A stretch of 64,000 bases of DNA. Source: Clostridia bacterium. Lineage in GTDB: Bacteria > Bacillota > Clostridia > Oscillospirales > CAG-382. The position numbers and the translations under genes are program-made. This document shows positions 33,434-44,225 of this stretch, in pieces. Within the stretch, counting starts at the first letter, position 1. Every line of letters starts with the position of its first letter. The notes below the pieces were generated by a model. It did no database searches. It saw only the letters and a program-made list of their open reading frames with translations, and was not told the DNA's origin. Location of the stretch: positions 24,005 through 88,004 of the forward strand of contig JAGAKP010000060.1 of NCBI GenBank assembly GCA_017625615.1. Reading direction: 5' to 3'.

Positions 33434-35291
33434 CGTTTTTCCTTTGGGTCAGCCATACCAGCAGTACCGAAATATCCGCAGGGGATATGCCCGAAATTCT
33501 CGAAGCCTGACCTATCGAAGCGGGCCGCAAAGCGTTAAGCTTTTGCGCCGCCTCGAGACGAATTCCCTTTATTTTGGAATAGTCCGTGTCGGCGGGGAGA
33601 GCTTTGTCCTCCAATTTGCTTACGCGTTTTACCTCGTCAAGCTCCTTTTTGATATAGCCTTCGTATTTTATTTCTGTTTCCGCACGGCGGGCAACCTCAC
33701 GTTTTACCTGTCTGCCGTCAAGTGCGCACACGTCTGCGTGGGTTATGTTGGGACGCTTTATAAGCTCCGCCTTTCGCATACCGCCCTCGCTCTCTCCGTA
33801 TCCGCGGGAGAGAAGAAGCTGTGTTAACGCTTCGGTTTTCGGCACGGAATTGGTGCGCAAATGCTCTATTTCCGTTTCCACCGCCTTGTAAAGCTCGGTA
33901 TATTCGCGGTATTTTTCGTCTGAAATAAGTCCCGCGTATCTGCCGTATTCAATAAGACGCTGCTTTGCGTTGTCCTGCCGCAAAAGAAGTCGGTATTCAC
34001 TGCGGGAGGTCATCATACGGTAGGGCTCGTTGGTGCCCTTGGTGACCAGATCGTCTATAAGGGTGCCGATATAGCCTTCGCTTCTTTTCAGTATTATCTG
34101 CTCCTTGCCCAAAACGGAAAGGGAAGCGTTTATTCCCGCCATAATTCCCTGCGCCGCCGCCTCCTCGTAGCCGGAGGAGCCGTTGAATTGCCCCGAGCCG
34201 TAAAGACCCTTAAGGCTTTTAAACTCCAGCGTGGGATACATCTGCGTGGGATCTGCGCAATCGTATTCGATAGCGTATGCGGTGCGCATAAATACCGCGT
34301 TTTCAAGCCCCTTTATGGAGTGCACGATCTGCTTTTGCACTTCCTCGGGCAGGGAAGAGGAAAGCCCCTGCAGGTACATTTCCTTGGTATGCTCCCCCAT
34401 AGGCTCAACGAATATCTGGTGACGCTCTTTATCGGAAAACCGTACCACCTTGTCCTCTATAGAGGGGCAGTATCTCGGTCCCGTTCCCTTTATAACTCCC
34501 GAAAAAAGCGGGGAACGGTGCAGGTTTTCCCGAATGATACGGTGTGTTTCGGCGTTGGTGTAGGTTATATAGCATTCACGCTTGTTTACGCCTGCCTCTT
34601 CGTCGGAAAACCGTGTGGCAAACTCGTCGCCAAGCTGTTTTTCCATCTTTTCGTAATCCAACGAATCTGCGTGTACGCGTGGCGGAGTACCCGTTTTGAA
34701 GCGGGTAAGCCGTATTCCGTTTGCTTCGAGGGATGCGGAAAGTCTGTCTGCGGAAATGGTGTTGTCGGGTCCCGATGAATAGGCGTGCTCCCCTGCTATT
34801 ATCTTTCCTTTAAGGGAGGTTCCCGTGGATATTATTACCTTTTTTGCGGGGAAGTGACCGCCGAATGCAGTTTCCACACCCGTGATACAGCCCTTTTCCG
34901 CGGTTATTCCCGTAACCTCCGCCTGGATAAGGGTAAGGTTAGGGGTGCTTTCCACCACCTCGGTCATATAGCTTCTGTACGCCGCTCTGTCTGCCTGCAG
35001 GCGCAGTGAATGTACCGCGGGCCCCTTGCTTGCGTTAAGCATACGGCTTTGAAGCATGGCGTGGTCTGCGGCTTTTCCCATTTCACCGCCCAGCGCGTCC
35101 ACCTCGTAGACCAGATGTCCCTTTCCCGTACCGCCGATAGAGGGGTTGCAGGGCATGTTTCCCACAAGGTCAAGGGTAAGTGTGAACAGCGCGGTCTTTA
35201 AACCCATTCGCGCAGACGCAAGAGCGGCTTCTATTCCCGCGTGGCCTGCGCCCACAACAATTATATCGTAACTGTCTGATGTATAATTCAT
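33417..35291 (-). CDS. mnmG: tRNA uridine 5-carboxymethylaminomethyl modification enzyme
   Basis: 624 aa. Motif VVGAGHAGIEAA, GidA body. Confidence 0.95.
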   Translation of the reverse strand: MNYTSDSYDIIVVGAGHAGIEAALASARMGLKTALFTLTLDLVGNMPCNPSIGGTGKGHLVYEVDALGGEMGKAADHAMLQSRMLNASKGPAVHSLRLQADRAAYRSYMTEVVESTPNLTLIQAEVTGITAEKGCITGVETAFGGHFPAKKVIISTGTSLKGKIIAGEHAYSSGPDNTISADRLSASLEANGIRLTRFKTGTPPRVHADSLDYEKMEKQLGDEFATRFSDEEAGVNKRECYITYTNAETHRIIRENLHRSPLFSGVIKGTGPRYCPSIEDKVVRFSDKERHQIFVEPMGEHTKEMYLQGLSSSLPEEVQKQIVHSIKGLENAVFMRTAYAIEYDCADPTQMYPTLEFKSLKGLYGSGQFNGSSGYEEAAAQGIMAGINASLSVLGKEQIILKRSEGYIGTLIDDLVTKGTNEPYRMMTSRSEYRLLLRQDNAKQRLIEYGRYAGLISDEKYREYTELYKAVETEIEHLRTNSVPKTEALTQLLLSRGYGESEGGMRKAELIKRPNITHADVCALDGRQVKREVARRAETEIKYEGYIKKELDEVKRVSKLEDKALPADTDYSKIKGIRLEAAQKLNALRPASIGQASRISGISPADISVLLVWLTQRKNDEKHN

Positions 35292-35292
35292 A

Positions 35293-36639
35293 TTATTTAC
35301 CTACGCAAAAATGCGAGAATATCTCGTTTACTATTTCCTGTGTGGCAGTTCTGCCGTCAATTTCACCCAAGGCGGATATGGCGCGCTCTATACATTCGCC
35401 CGCAATGTCCTGAGTAAATCCGTTAAGTGCGGTAAGGGCGTCGTCTATATTTTCGATGGCACGTTCAATGGCGCCGTACTGCCTTGCGGAAACTATAATA
35501 TCCTCGGTGTTTATATCTGCCTGTCCAGCAAAAAGGCGTATTTTTTCCTTTAACGCTTCAAAGCCGTCTACCGTTCTGGCAGACATATATACGCATTCCG
35601 CAAAGGGCGTTTTAACCTCACAGCCCTTGTCGGATTTATTTATTACCGCTATAACGCGGTCTTTTTTATCTTCAAGCAGGGTTATAAGCTCCTCGTCCTC
35701 GTCGGTGAAGGGGGTGCTTCCGTCAAACACCGCGATTATAAGGGACGCTTTTTCAATTTCTTTTATGCTGCGTTTTATTCCCGCCGCTTCTACCGTTTCG
35801 TCGCTTTCACGTATACCTGCGGTATCAGCAAGGTTAAGGAGAATATCGTCCACCTTCACCTGCTCGGTTATGACGTCACGGGTGGTGCCCGCAATATCTG
35901 TGACTATGGCGCGGTCGGTACCGCAGAGAAGGTTCATCAAGGTGGATTTTCCCGTGTTGGGCTTTCCCGCAATAACGGTGGGTATACCTTCGGATATGGC
36001 TTTTCCGTACTTATGGGTGCCCGCAAGGGATAAAAGCTTGTTTTTTGCGTCCGTCAGCCTTTGCGCCATTTCGGAAACGGACATATCCGTCATATCCTCG
36101 TCGGGATAATCTATATAAGCGTAGACCGTGGCGGCTGTGAGGATAAGTGACGAGCAGATCTCGTCTATTTTTTTGCTTATATTTCCGTCCAGCTGGCGCA
36201 GACTTACCTCAAGATGCTTTTCCGTGTGTGCGTCGATAAGACCGCCCACCGCCTCCGCCTGGGAGAGGGTTATTTTTCCGTTTATATAGGCTCTGCGGGT
36301 AAATTCACCTGCCCCCGCAGGGGTTGCTCCCGCCCAAAAGCAGGCGCGCAGAAGCTTTTCCTGCACGAGGGTTCCGCCGTGACAGCATAATTCCGCCGTA
36401 TCCTCGCCGGTGAAGGAGCGGGGGGACAAAAACAGATACGCCAAGCCGTCGTCAAAATTACCGTCCTTATCGCGGAAATAGCCGTGAACAGCCCTTCCTG
36501 CGGGATATTCGGTAATATCCTTGCCGCTTGCGGGTGCAAAGACCTTGCGGCATACGGAAACAGCGTCCTCGCCGGATATTCGTATTAATGCAACTCCCCC
36601 TTTTCCTCTGGGGGTGGATATTGCCGCTACGGTGCTCAT
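35293..36639 (-). CDS. mnmE: tRNA modification GTPase
   Basis: G1 GKPNTGKS, DTAG, NKSD, and a C-terminal CVGK. Confidence 0.95.
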   Translation of the reverse strand: MSTVAAISTPRGKGGVALIRISGEDAVSVCRKVFAPASGKDITEYPAGRAVHGYFRDKDGNFDDGLAYLFLSPRSFTGEDTAELCCHGGTLVQEKLLRACFWAGATPAGAGEFTRRAYINGKITLSQAEAVGGLIDAHTEKHLEVSLRQLDGNISKKIDEICSSLILTAATVYAYIDYPDEDMTDMSVSEMAQRLTDAKNKLLSLAGTHKYGKAISEGIPTVIAGKPNTGKSTLMNLLCGTDRAIVTDIAGTTRDVITEQVKVDDILLNLADTAGIRESDETVEAAGIKRSIKEIEKASLIIAVFDGSTPFTDEDEELITLLEDKKDRVIAVINKSDKGCEVKTPFAECVYMSARTVDGFEALKEKIRLFAGQADINTEDIIVSARQYGAIERAIENIDDALTALNGFTQDIAGECIERAISALGEIDGRTATQEIVNEIFSHFCVGK

Positions 36640-37121
36640 TTAAATAGATCTCCCTCGGTCTTAAAGCCTTCAAAATCTCTTTGCCTCAACGCCTCGTACA
36701 CTGCGATAGCCGCCGCGTTGGATAGATTAAGACTGCGTATTTCGTCAAGCATAGGTATACGCACGCAGTGGTCGCGGTTTGCCTTCAGCAAGTCCTCGGG
36801 CAGTCCCTTGGTCTCCTTGCCGAAGATAAGGTATACCTTTCCGTCGTAACAAACGTCGGAATACTTTTTCTCCGCCTTGGTGGTGAAAAACCAAAATACT
36901 CCTTCGTTGGAAGCAAAAAACTCATCTATGTTTTTGTAATATTTTACATCCAGAAACTTCCAGTAATCAAGCCCCGCACGCTTTAAGGTGCGGTCACTTA
37001 TTTCAAATCCCAATGGCTCGATAAGATGTAAGGTCACTCCCGTTGCCGCGCAGGTACGGGAAATGTTACCCGTGTTCTGCGGTATCTCGGGCTCCAAAAG
37101 CACTATATTTATATCGCTCAA
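36636..37121 (-). CDS. trmL: tRNA (cytidine/uridine-2'-O)-methyltransferase, SPOUT family
   Basis: 161 aa. Motifs IVLLEPEIPQNTGNISRTC and LSNAAAIAVYE. Confidence 0.85.
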   Translation of the reverse strand: MSDINIVLLEPEIPQNTGNISRTCAATGVTLHLIEPLGFEISDRTLKRAGLDYWKFLDVKYYKNIDEFFASNEGVFWFFTTKAEKKYSDVCYDGKVYLIFGKETKGLPEDLLKANRDHCVRIPMLDEIRSLNLSNAAAIAVYEALRQRDFEGFKTEGDLFK

Positions 37122-37263
37122 TGTGCAAAACCTCTTTTCCGATAGGTGTAGTATATAACATTTTAATTAAATATGCAATTATTTTTACAAAAAGGTCTGT
37201 TTTTTTCTGTTTTTTTGATGTATAATAAGCTGATTAAGACTATAATCGGAGGAATGTAAATAT

Positions 37264-40011
37264 ATGTCTTTTCTTTCTTCACTTTTTCCGTCCTACAGTG
37301 CACGGCAGATAAAAAAGCTTAACGGCATTGCAGATAAGGTTGACGCTCTCGGCGACAGGTATTCGGCTATGAGCGACAGCGAGCTTAAGGAGCAGACCGT
37401 CATCTTCCGCTCCCGCCTTGAAAAGGGCGAGACTACCGACGATATCCTGCCCGAAGCCTTTGCCGTCGTCCGTGAGGTTGCCGACCGTGTCCTCGGCAAG
37501 CGTCCCTTCCGCGTACAGATACTTGCGGGTATCGTATTGCATCAGGGCAGAATAGCGGAAATGAAGACGGGTGAGGGTAAGACCCTTATGGCGACTCTTC
37601 CCGCATATCTTAACGCCCTTGAGGGAAAGGGTGTGCACGTTGTTACCGTTAACGATTACCTTGCAAAGCGTGACAGCGAGTGGAACGGCAATATATTCCG
37701 CTTTCTCGGTCTTACCGTCGGACTTATCGTAAACGGACTTACTCCTCAACAGCGTAAGGAGGCGTACGCCTGCGATATTACCTACGGTACCAACAACGAA
37801 TTAGGCTTTGATTACCTCCGCGATAATATGGTGGTGTACAAGCGTAATCAGGTACAGAGAGGACATCATTTCGCCATCGTGGACGAGGTTGACTCCATCC
37901 TTATCGACGAAGCGCGTACTCCTCTTATCATTTCCGGCGCAGGCGAAAAAAGCTCGGATATGTACGAAAAGGCAGACCGCTTCGTCCGCCGCTTAAAGCC
38001 TCTCGTCATAAAGGAAAACGACAGTAAAAAGAGCGACGAGGACCTTGAGGAGGACTATATCGTTGACGAAAAGGCGCGCAACGCGGTGCTTACGGGCAAC
38101 GGTATACGCAAGGCGGAGGAATATTTCGGTATCGAAAACTTCGGTGATTACGAAAATACCGATCTGGTCCATTATATAAACAACTCCATCCGCGCCCACG
38201 GCGTTATGAAGTGCGACGTTGACTATATCGTCCGCGACGGCGAGGTGCTTATAATCGACTCCTTTACGGGACGTATTATGCCCGGCAGACGTTATTCCAA
38301 CGGTCTGCATCAGGCTATCGAGGCAAAAGAGGGCGTTACCGTGGAAAAGGAGAATATGACTCAAGCCACCATCACCTTCCAGAACTACTTCAGAATGTAC
38401 AAAAAGCTTTCGGGTATGACGGGTACCGCCGTAACCGAGGAGGACGAATTCAGAGGAATATACGGCCTTGACGTTGTGGAGATACCCACCAACCGTCCTA
38501 TGATCAGAAAAGACCATAACGACGTAATGTATACCACCCTTCAGGGCAAATACCGCGCTATCATACAGCAGATCCTTGAATGTAACAAAAAGGGTCAGCC
38601 CGTGCTGGTAGGTACCGCTGCCATCGACAAGAGCGAATTTCTTTCAAAAATACTCACAAAGCACGGCATAAAGCATAACGTGCTCAACGCCAAAAACCAC
38701 GAAAAGGAAGCGGAGATAATCGCGCAGGCAGGTAAATTCGGCGCCGTTACCATCGCCACCAATATGGCGGGAAGAGGTACGGATATTATGCTTGGCGGTA
38801 ACTCCGAATATCTTGCAAAGGCACAGATGCGCTCCGAGGGCTTTACCGAAGAGCAGATATTCGAATCCACCGAATTCGGCGCAACCGACGACGAGGCTAT
38901 CCTCGCCGCACGTGAGCGCTTCAAGGAGATAGAGGCGGAAAAGCGCGTTATTACCGACGAGGAGAAAAAGCGCGTCCTTGAAGCGGGCGGACTTTTCATT
39001 CTCGGTACCGAGCGTCACGAAAGCCGCCGTATAGATAACCAGCTCCGCGGCCGTGCAGGCAGACAGGGCGACCCCGGCGAAAGCAGATTTTATCTGTCTA
39101 TGCAGGACGATCTTATGCGTCTCTTCGGCGGTGAGCGTATTCAGGCGTTGGCGGCAAATATTCCCGACGATCAGCCTATCGACCTTAAGATACTTTCCAA
39201 CAGCGTGGAGACCGCACAAAAGCGTCTTGAGGGCAACAACTACGAACGCCGTAAAAACGTACTTCAGTACGATGACGTTATGAACCGTCAGCGCGAGCTT
39301 ATATATAAACAGCGTAACGACGTTCTTGATAACCGCGATCTTAAAAATACCATCTGGAAGATGGTTGAGGAATATATTGACGGCGGCGTTGCTTCCTACA
39401 CCCACGAGGGTGATGCGAAGGATTGGAACTTCGAGGGACTCCGCAGCCACTTTATGGGCGTCCTTTGCGGCGATAACGATTTCCGTTATACCGAGGAGGA
39501 GCTTAAAGAGCTTAAAAAGGACGATATTATCGACCTTCTTACCGACCGCGCAGAAAAACGCTACGCTATGCAGGAGCAGATCTTTACTCCCGAGGTATTC
39601 CGCGAGATAGAGAGACGCGAACTGCTTATGCGCGTCGATAAAAACTGGGTAGTCCATATCGACGCAATGGACGATCTTATTTCCAGCGTAGGACTTAACG
39701 CATACGCTCAGCGCGACCCCGTTACACAGTACAAGCTGCAGGGAAGCGATATGTTTGAGGAAATGGTTGCCACCATCCGCGAGGAGACCGTTCGCGGCGT
39801 GCTCACCGTTCAGCCCAGAAGAGTGGTTGAGCGTAAACAGGTGCTCGTTGACGGCACCGCGGGACTTAAGGGTGAAAAATCCGTGGTAAACCGCACCGTT
39901 AAAAAGGCACCCGAAAAGGCGAAGCCCAACGATCCCTGCCCCTGCGGAAGCGGCAAAAAGTATAAAAAATGCTGCGGCTCCCTTACCGGCGCATCTGACG
40001 GTGACCGGTAA
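37264..40011 (+). CDS. secA: preprotein translocase ATPase SecA
   Basis: 915 aa. Motif DEVDSILIDEARTPLIISG and the C-terminal zinc motif CPCGSGKKYKKCCG. Confidence 0.97.
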   Translation: MSFLSSLFPSYSARQIKKLNGIADKVDALGDRYSAMSDSELKEQTVIFRSRLEKGETTDDILPEAFAVVREVADRVLGKRPFRVQILAGIVLHQGRIAEMKTGEGKTLMATLPAYLNALEGKGVHVVTVNDYLAKRDSEWNGNIFRFLGLTVGLIVNGLTPQQRKEAYACDITYGTNNELGFDYLRDNMVVYKRNQVQRGHHFAIVDEVDSILIDEARTPLIISGAGEKSSDMYEKADRFVRRLKPLVIKENDSKKSDEDLEEDYIVDEKARNAVLTGNGIRKAEEYFGIENFGDYENTDLVHYINNSIRAHGVMKCDVDYIVRDGEVLIIDSFTGRIMPGRRYSNGLHQAIEAKEGVTVEKENMTQATITFQNYFRMYKKLSGMTGTAVTEEDEFRGIYGLDVVEIPTNRPMIRKDHNDVMYTTLQGKYRAIIQQILECNKKGQPVLVGTAAIDKSEFLSKILTKHGIKHNVLNAKNHEKEAEIIAQAGKFGAVTIATNMAGRGTDIMLGGNSEYLAKAQMRSEGFTEEQIFESTEFGATDDEAILAARERFKEIEAEKRVITDEEKKRVLEAGGLFILGTERHESRRIDNQLRGRAGRQGDPGESRFYLSMQDDLMRLFGGERIQALAANIPDDQPIDLKILSNSVETAQKRLEGNNYERRKNVLQYDDVMNRQRELIYKQRNDVLDNRDLKNTIWKMVEEYIDGGVASYTHEGDAKDWNFEGLRSHFMGVLCGDNDFRYTEEELKELKKDDIIDLLTDRAEKRYAMQEQIFTPEVFREIERRELLMRVDKNWVVHIDAMDDLISSVGLNAYAQRDPVTQYKLQGSDMFEEMVATIREETVRGVLTVQPRRVVERKQVLVDGTAGLKGEKSVVNRTVKKAPEKAKPNDPCPCGSGKKYKKCCGSLTGASDGDR

Positions 40012-40592
40012 TGGGATTCGGCTTGATACTGGTAGGACTTGCCTTGCTCATAGGTGTTGAGGCAGGCTTCGGCATTGTGGGATATGTCCTTATCTTTGCC
40101 GGATGCCGCAAGCTTTCCCGCATACACGATGATTTTACCGTGTGCGGAATACTGGCTTTACTCAATATACCCTATTCGGCAGTGTCCGCACTGACGCTTT
40201 TTAAGGTATTGCCCGAGGGAAACCTTATAACGGGCTGTCTTAACGTTACCCATTATATATTTTCCGCCGCAATGTTCTGGTATTTCTGTATGCGTATACG
40301 CGCCATCGCCATGGAGGGGGACGATCACAAGCTGGCGTCCTCTGCGTTGCGAAACGGACTTATGTCGGTTATGTATTATCTCTGGACGGTGGCGGTGCTT
40401 ATCCTTCCCTTTATCCGCAATACGGTAATGGTAGGCATACTTGCGCTGTTCAAGTATATACTTATTGCCTGCGGAATACTGTTCCTGCTTTCCTGCGGGG
40501 CAAAAATAACCACTCCTTCACAAATGGCGGCAGAAGAACGGGCGCGTATGAAGGAGCAGGAGAAAACTGTAAAAAAACGAAAAGGAGAGTAG
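40011..40592 (+). CDS. polytopic membrane protein (193 aa), unknown function
   Basis: Its ATG overlaps the secA stop (TAATG). Five to six hydrophobic helices and a basic, acidic-mixed tail. Confidence 0.6.
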   Translation: MGFGLILVGLALLIGVEAGFGIVGYVLIFAGCRKLSRIHDDFTVCGILALLNIPYSAVSALTLFKVLPEGNLITGCLNVTHYIFSAAMFWYFCMRIRAIAMEGDDHKLASSALRNGLMSVMYYLWTVAVLILPFIRNTVMVGILALFKYILIACGILFLLSCGAKITTPSQMAAEERARMKEQEKTVKKRKGE

Positions 40593-40595
40593 AAT

Positions 40596-41906
40596 ATGGC
40601 GAAAAACAAGTCTTTGCCCTTTTTCTTTTCACCGCTGTTGGCTGTGGGAATTATATTTTTAGCCAATCCGGTGTTCGGCGTTACGGATATTCTGCCCGAC
40701 GCGTTGGGCTGCCTGTGTCTGTGGCTGGGACTTACCGAGCTTTCTTATACGGATAACCGCATAGAATCAGCCCGCGGACGCCTGCTTTTCCTCGCCGGCA
40801 TAGAGGCGGTAAAGCTTGTACTTACTCCATATCTCTCCCGCAGTGCCGTTTCATCGGATATGCTTGCGGCAACCGCCTTCTTCGGCGTTATCGAGGCACT
40901 GCTTCTCATACTTATAATGAACGACCTTTACGAGGGACTTTCATATTCCGTGTCCCGCAGGGGAAAAGGTGAATCCTTAAGAGCTTTTGAGGGAACCAAG
41001 ATACTTGCGTTCGTCTTTATTATCCTTCGCGTACTGCTTAATATCGTGCCAGAATGTGCGTCTATCTTCGAGCTTGCCGCCCATTCGGATATTACCAACG
41101 CAGAGCTTTATTACCGCATAGCGGGGCTTAAGAATTATTTCCATCTGCTTAACGGATTTATAGTTCTCATCGTGGGGATCTGGTGGGCGATAAGCGCCTG
41201 CGGAATGTTCAAAAGGCTCCGCAAGGACGAGCTTTTCGTTGCCGACCTTGCTCTTTCCTACGGCGACGGATACGCAAGAAACATCACCGTAAAAACAAGC
41301 GCGTGGCTTAAAAATGCCGCCCGTATCGCCTTTGCAGGACTCATCTTCTTTTTCACTCTCGATTTCGGCGGTCACAGCGTGCTCCCCAACTTTGTCGGCA
41401 CAGCCCTTATTCTTACGGCAGTGTGGGCTATGGGAATCCCCCTTAAAAAACAGCTTCACAAGCAGTTTTCCCTTCCCGTATGCATATACGCTTTTGCCGT
41501 ACAGATCTTCGCATACGTATACCGCGCAATAAACGTGGACCTTACCGTTGAATTTTTCAGCCAGCTCAAGGCTCTTGACGTGGTTATATGCGCACTAATC
41601 GGCGCGGCAGAGGCTATATCCTTTATCCTCGTTGCCCGTATGTGCGAAAGAATATTTAACGGCTACGTTCTTTCTCTTTGTGGCGAAAAAACGGTAAAGC
41701 TGATGTATTCGGTAAAATTGGCTGTATATATTTCAAGCTTTATATATTTCGTGGGATACACTCTTCCTCTCATTCGGGGATATCTGGTATTACCGCAGAT
41801 CCTTGCTCTCATAGCGGTGGGAGCCTTAATAAACGCCAACGTGGTTTTTGTCCGCGGAAGCGTAGAAAATCCGGAGGATGACACAAAAATATGTGCGGAT
41901 TCATAG
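40596..41906 (+). CDS. polytopic membrane protein (436 aa), unknown function
   Basis: Starts 3 nt after the previous stop. About ten or more hydrophobic helices. Confidence 0.6.
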   Translation: MAKNKSLPFFFSPLLAVGIIFLANPVFGVTDILPDALGCLCLWLGLTELSYTDNRIESARGRLLFLAGIEAVKLVLTPYLSRSAVSSDMLAATAFFGVIEALLLILIMNDLYEGLSYSVSRRGKGESLRAFEGTKILAFVFIILRVLLNIVPECASIFELAAHSDITNAELYYRIAGLKNYFHLLNGFIVLIVGIWWAISACGMFKRLRKDELFVADLALSYGDGYARNITVKTSAWLKNAARIAFAGLIFFFTLDFGGHSVLPNFVGTALILTAVWAMGIPLKKQLHKQFSLPVCIYAFAVQIFAYVYRAINVDLTVEFFSQLKALDVVICALIGAAEAISFILVARMCERIFNGYVLSLCGEKTVKLMYSVKLAVYISSFIYFVGYTLPLIRGYLVLPQILALIAVGALINANVVFVRGSVENPEDDTKICADS

Positions 41907-43777
41907 GAATTTTAAATAACAACGGCGTTACCGAAAGAGACGTTACCGACGTGCGTGCAATGTCCCACGTCATACGCCACCGCGGTCCCGACCTTGATAA
42001 CGGCTATACGGGTGACAAGGTGTGTCTCGGCTTCCGCCGTCTTTCCATAATCGACCTTGAGGGCGGTACACAGCCCTACGTTTCTCCCGACGGACGCTAT
42101 TCCTGCGTCTACAACGGCGAGGTGTATAACTATCTTGAGCTTCGTAACGAGCTTCTCGCCAAGGGGGAAAAATTTCAGTCTAATTCCGAAATAGAGGTTA
42201 TGGTACGTCTGTACTCCCTTTACGGCGAAAGCTTTATCTCCCGACTCCGCGGTATGTTTGCTTTTCTTATTTACGATAAGGAAACGGGCACTCTTATGGC
42301 AGGCAGAGATCCTTTTGGCATAAAGCCTCTGTACTTCCGCGTGGAAAAGGACCGTACCGTTTTCGCCAGCGAGATGAAGGCGTTTTTTGCCGACAGTCAG
42401 TACAGCGGATTTTCCGTTGACAACACACTTTTGCAGCACTATTTCTCCTTCCAGTTCGTGCCCGAGCCCGATACGGTGGGCGGCGATATAAAAAGCGTGC
42501 CCAAGGGCTCCTATATGCTTGTTAAGGGGGAAAGCCGAGAGGTATTTTCCTATTGGAAGCCCGTATTCTCTCCCGACAGAACGGGCACCTACGATTCTCG
42601 CAAGAAGGCGCTTCGCGAGGCTGTTGAGGAATCCGTCCGTTACCACATGCTTGCAGACGTTCCCGTGGGAAGCTTCCTTTCCTCGGGCGTGGATTCGGCT
42701 ATAATCACCGCTCTCGCCTCCAAGCTTCAGCCCGGTATAAAGGCCTTTACCGTGGGCTTTGACGTTAAAGGCTTTTCCGAAATAGAGGACGCCTGCGAAA
42801 TATCCGCCCATCTGGATATTGACCATATTACCCTCCGCGCAACGGTTGAGGACTTTAAAAAAGCCTTTGAAAAGACTATATATCATCTGGATTCTCCCGT
42901 GGCAGACCCCTCCGTGGTGGCAATATATCTTATTTCACAGGAGGCGTCCAAGCACGTAAAGACCATTCTTTCGGGAGAGGGCAGTGACGAATTGTTCGGC
43001 GGATACCGTCAGTACGCCACCGCCGCGCCCAGCGCAAGAATGAACTCTCTGCCGCAGTTTATAAAGAGCTTCCTTTTGTTTATAGCAAACCTTATGCCCG
43101 ACGGAATGAAGGGCAAGGGATATATCACCCGCGGATGCGTTCCTATCGAAAAGCGGTTCGTCGGCGGCTCATTTATCTTCACAGAACAGCAAAAATCCCG
43201 CTTTTTGCGTACCTTTGATAAGGACGTCCACTTCACACAGCGCACCGCACCCATATTCGAGACCGCCGCAGGCTACACTCCGCTTCAGAAGATGCAGCAT
43301 TGCGACCTCAACTGCTGGCTCCCCTCGGATATCCTCGTCAAGGGCGACCGCCTCTCTATGGCTCATTCCCTTGAAGCGCGCGTTCCCTTCCTCGATAAAG
43401 AGGTGTTCAAGGCGGCAAGATGCCTTCTCGACGGGGACAAGATCTCCCACGGCACCACCAAATATATCCTGCGCGATACCTTCTCCGATCTGCTCAACAG
43501 CGAAACGGTGGTACGCCCCAAAAAGGGATATCCCGTGCCCGTGCGAGTGTGGCTGAAGGACGAATTGTTTGATTGGGCGAAGGATATTCTCGTGTCCAAC
43601 CCCGCCCCTCAGCTTATCGACGAGAAGTATATTATAGATCTACTTGAAAAGCACGCCGCAGGCAAGGGGGATTATTACCGTCAGATCTGGGCGGTCATAG
43701 CCTTTATGACGTGGTACAGACTGTATATCACCCAAGCGGATAACACTGTTGAAAGAATACTGAATAACGAGTTTTAA
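41891..43777 (+). CDS. asnB: asparagine synthase (glutamine-hydrolysing)
   Basis: MCGFIGIL (Ntn Cys2) and the PP-loop FLSSGVDSA. 628 aa. Overlaps the upstream gene by 16 nt. Confidence 0.9.
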   Translation: MCGFIGILNNNGVTERDVTDVRAMSHVIRHRGPDLDNGYTGDKVCLGFRRLSIIDLEGGTQPYVSPDGRYSCVYNGEVYNYLELRNELLAKGEKFQSNSEIEVMVRLYSLYGESFISRLRGMFAFLIYDKETGTLMAGRDPFGIKPLYFRVEKDRTVFASEMKAFFADSQYSGFSVDNTLLQHYFSFQFVPEPDTVGGDIKSVPKGSYMLVKGESREVFSYWKPVFSPDRTGTYDSRKKALREAVEESVRYHMLADVPVGSFLSSGVDSAIITALASKLQPGIKAFTVGFDVKGFSEIEDACEISAHLDIDHITLRATVEDFKKAFEKTIYHLDSPVADPSVVAIYLISQEASKHVKTILSGEGSDELFGGYRQYATAAPSARMNSLPQFIKSFLLFIANLMPDGMKGKGYITRGCVPIEKRFVGGSFIFTEQQKSRFLRTFDKDVHFTQRTAPIFETAAGYTPLQKMQHCDLNCWLPSDILVKGDRLSMAHSLEARVPFLDKEVFKAARCLLDGDKISHGTTKYILRDTFSDLLNSETVVRPKKGYPVPVRVWLKDELFDWAKDILVSNPAPQLIDEKYIIDLLEKHAAGKGDYYRQIWAVIAFMTWYRLYITQADNTVERILNNEF

Positions 43778-43784
43778 CAACACA

Positions 43785-43819
43785 CCACCCGAAAAAATTT
43801 TTTCGGGTGGTATTTTTTT
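43785..43819 (+). terminator. intrinsic terminator after asnB
   Basis: CCACCCGAAAAAA / TTTTTTCGGGTGG stem followed by T7. Confidence 0.8.
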
Positions 43820-43904
43820 CAAGTAGGTGTATTTTTTCTTGCAGGATCGGACAAAATATGCGTATACGATATAGTATTATCTATACGTACAGGAGGTAGA
43901 AAAT

Positions 43905-44225
43905 ATGTATATCGATTACAAATTAAAGGGCAACGTACTTACCGCATCCCTTCACGGTGAGATCGACCATCATTCCGCAGTCATCGCCCGCACGGAAATA
44001 GATACCGAGATCGACCGCGTAAAGGCGGTGGGACTAAACCTCGATCTTTCGGATATTTCCTTTTGCGATTCGTCGGGCTTGGGTCTGGTAATGGGCAGAC
44101 TTAAGAAAATGCGTGCAAGCGGAGGAAGCGCGGTAGTCTTAAACCCATCGGAGCGGGTGGAAAAGGTACTGCGCCTCGCGGGAATAGACACACTTATGCC
44201 CATTAAAAAGGAGGAATTAAAATGA
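43905..44225 (+). CDS. spoIIAA: anti-sigma F factor antagonist
   Basis: 106-aa STAS domain with the phospho-serine context FCDSSGLG. Confidence 0.9.
   Translation: MYIDYKLKGNVLTASLHGEIDHHSAVIARTEIDTEIDRVKAVGLNLDLSDISFCDSSGLGLVMGRLKKMRASGGSAVVLNPSERVEKVLRLAGIDTLMPIKKEELK

Noticed and set aside
33417-37121. Replication origin, suggested by the trmL-mnmE-mnmG-rsmG cluster
   Set aside because: There is no dnaA, dnaN or parAB and no cluster of DnaA boxes. I found only isolated TTATCCACA-type 9-mers inside coding regions (4809-4817 and 59064-59072).
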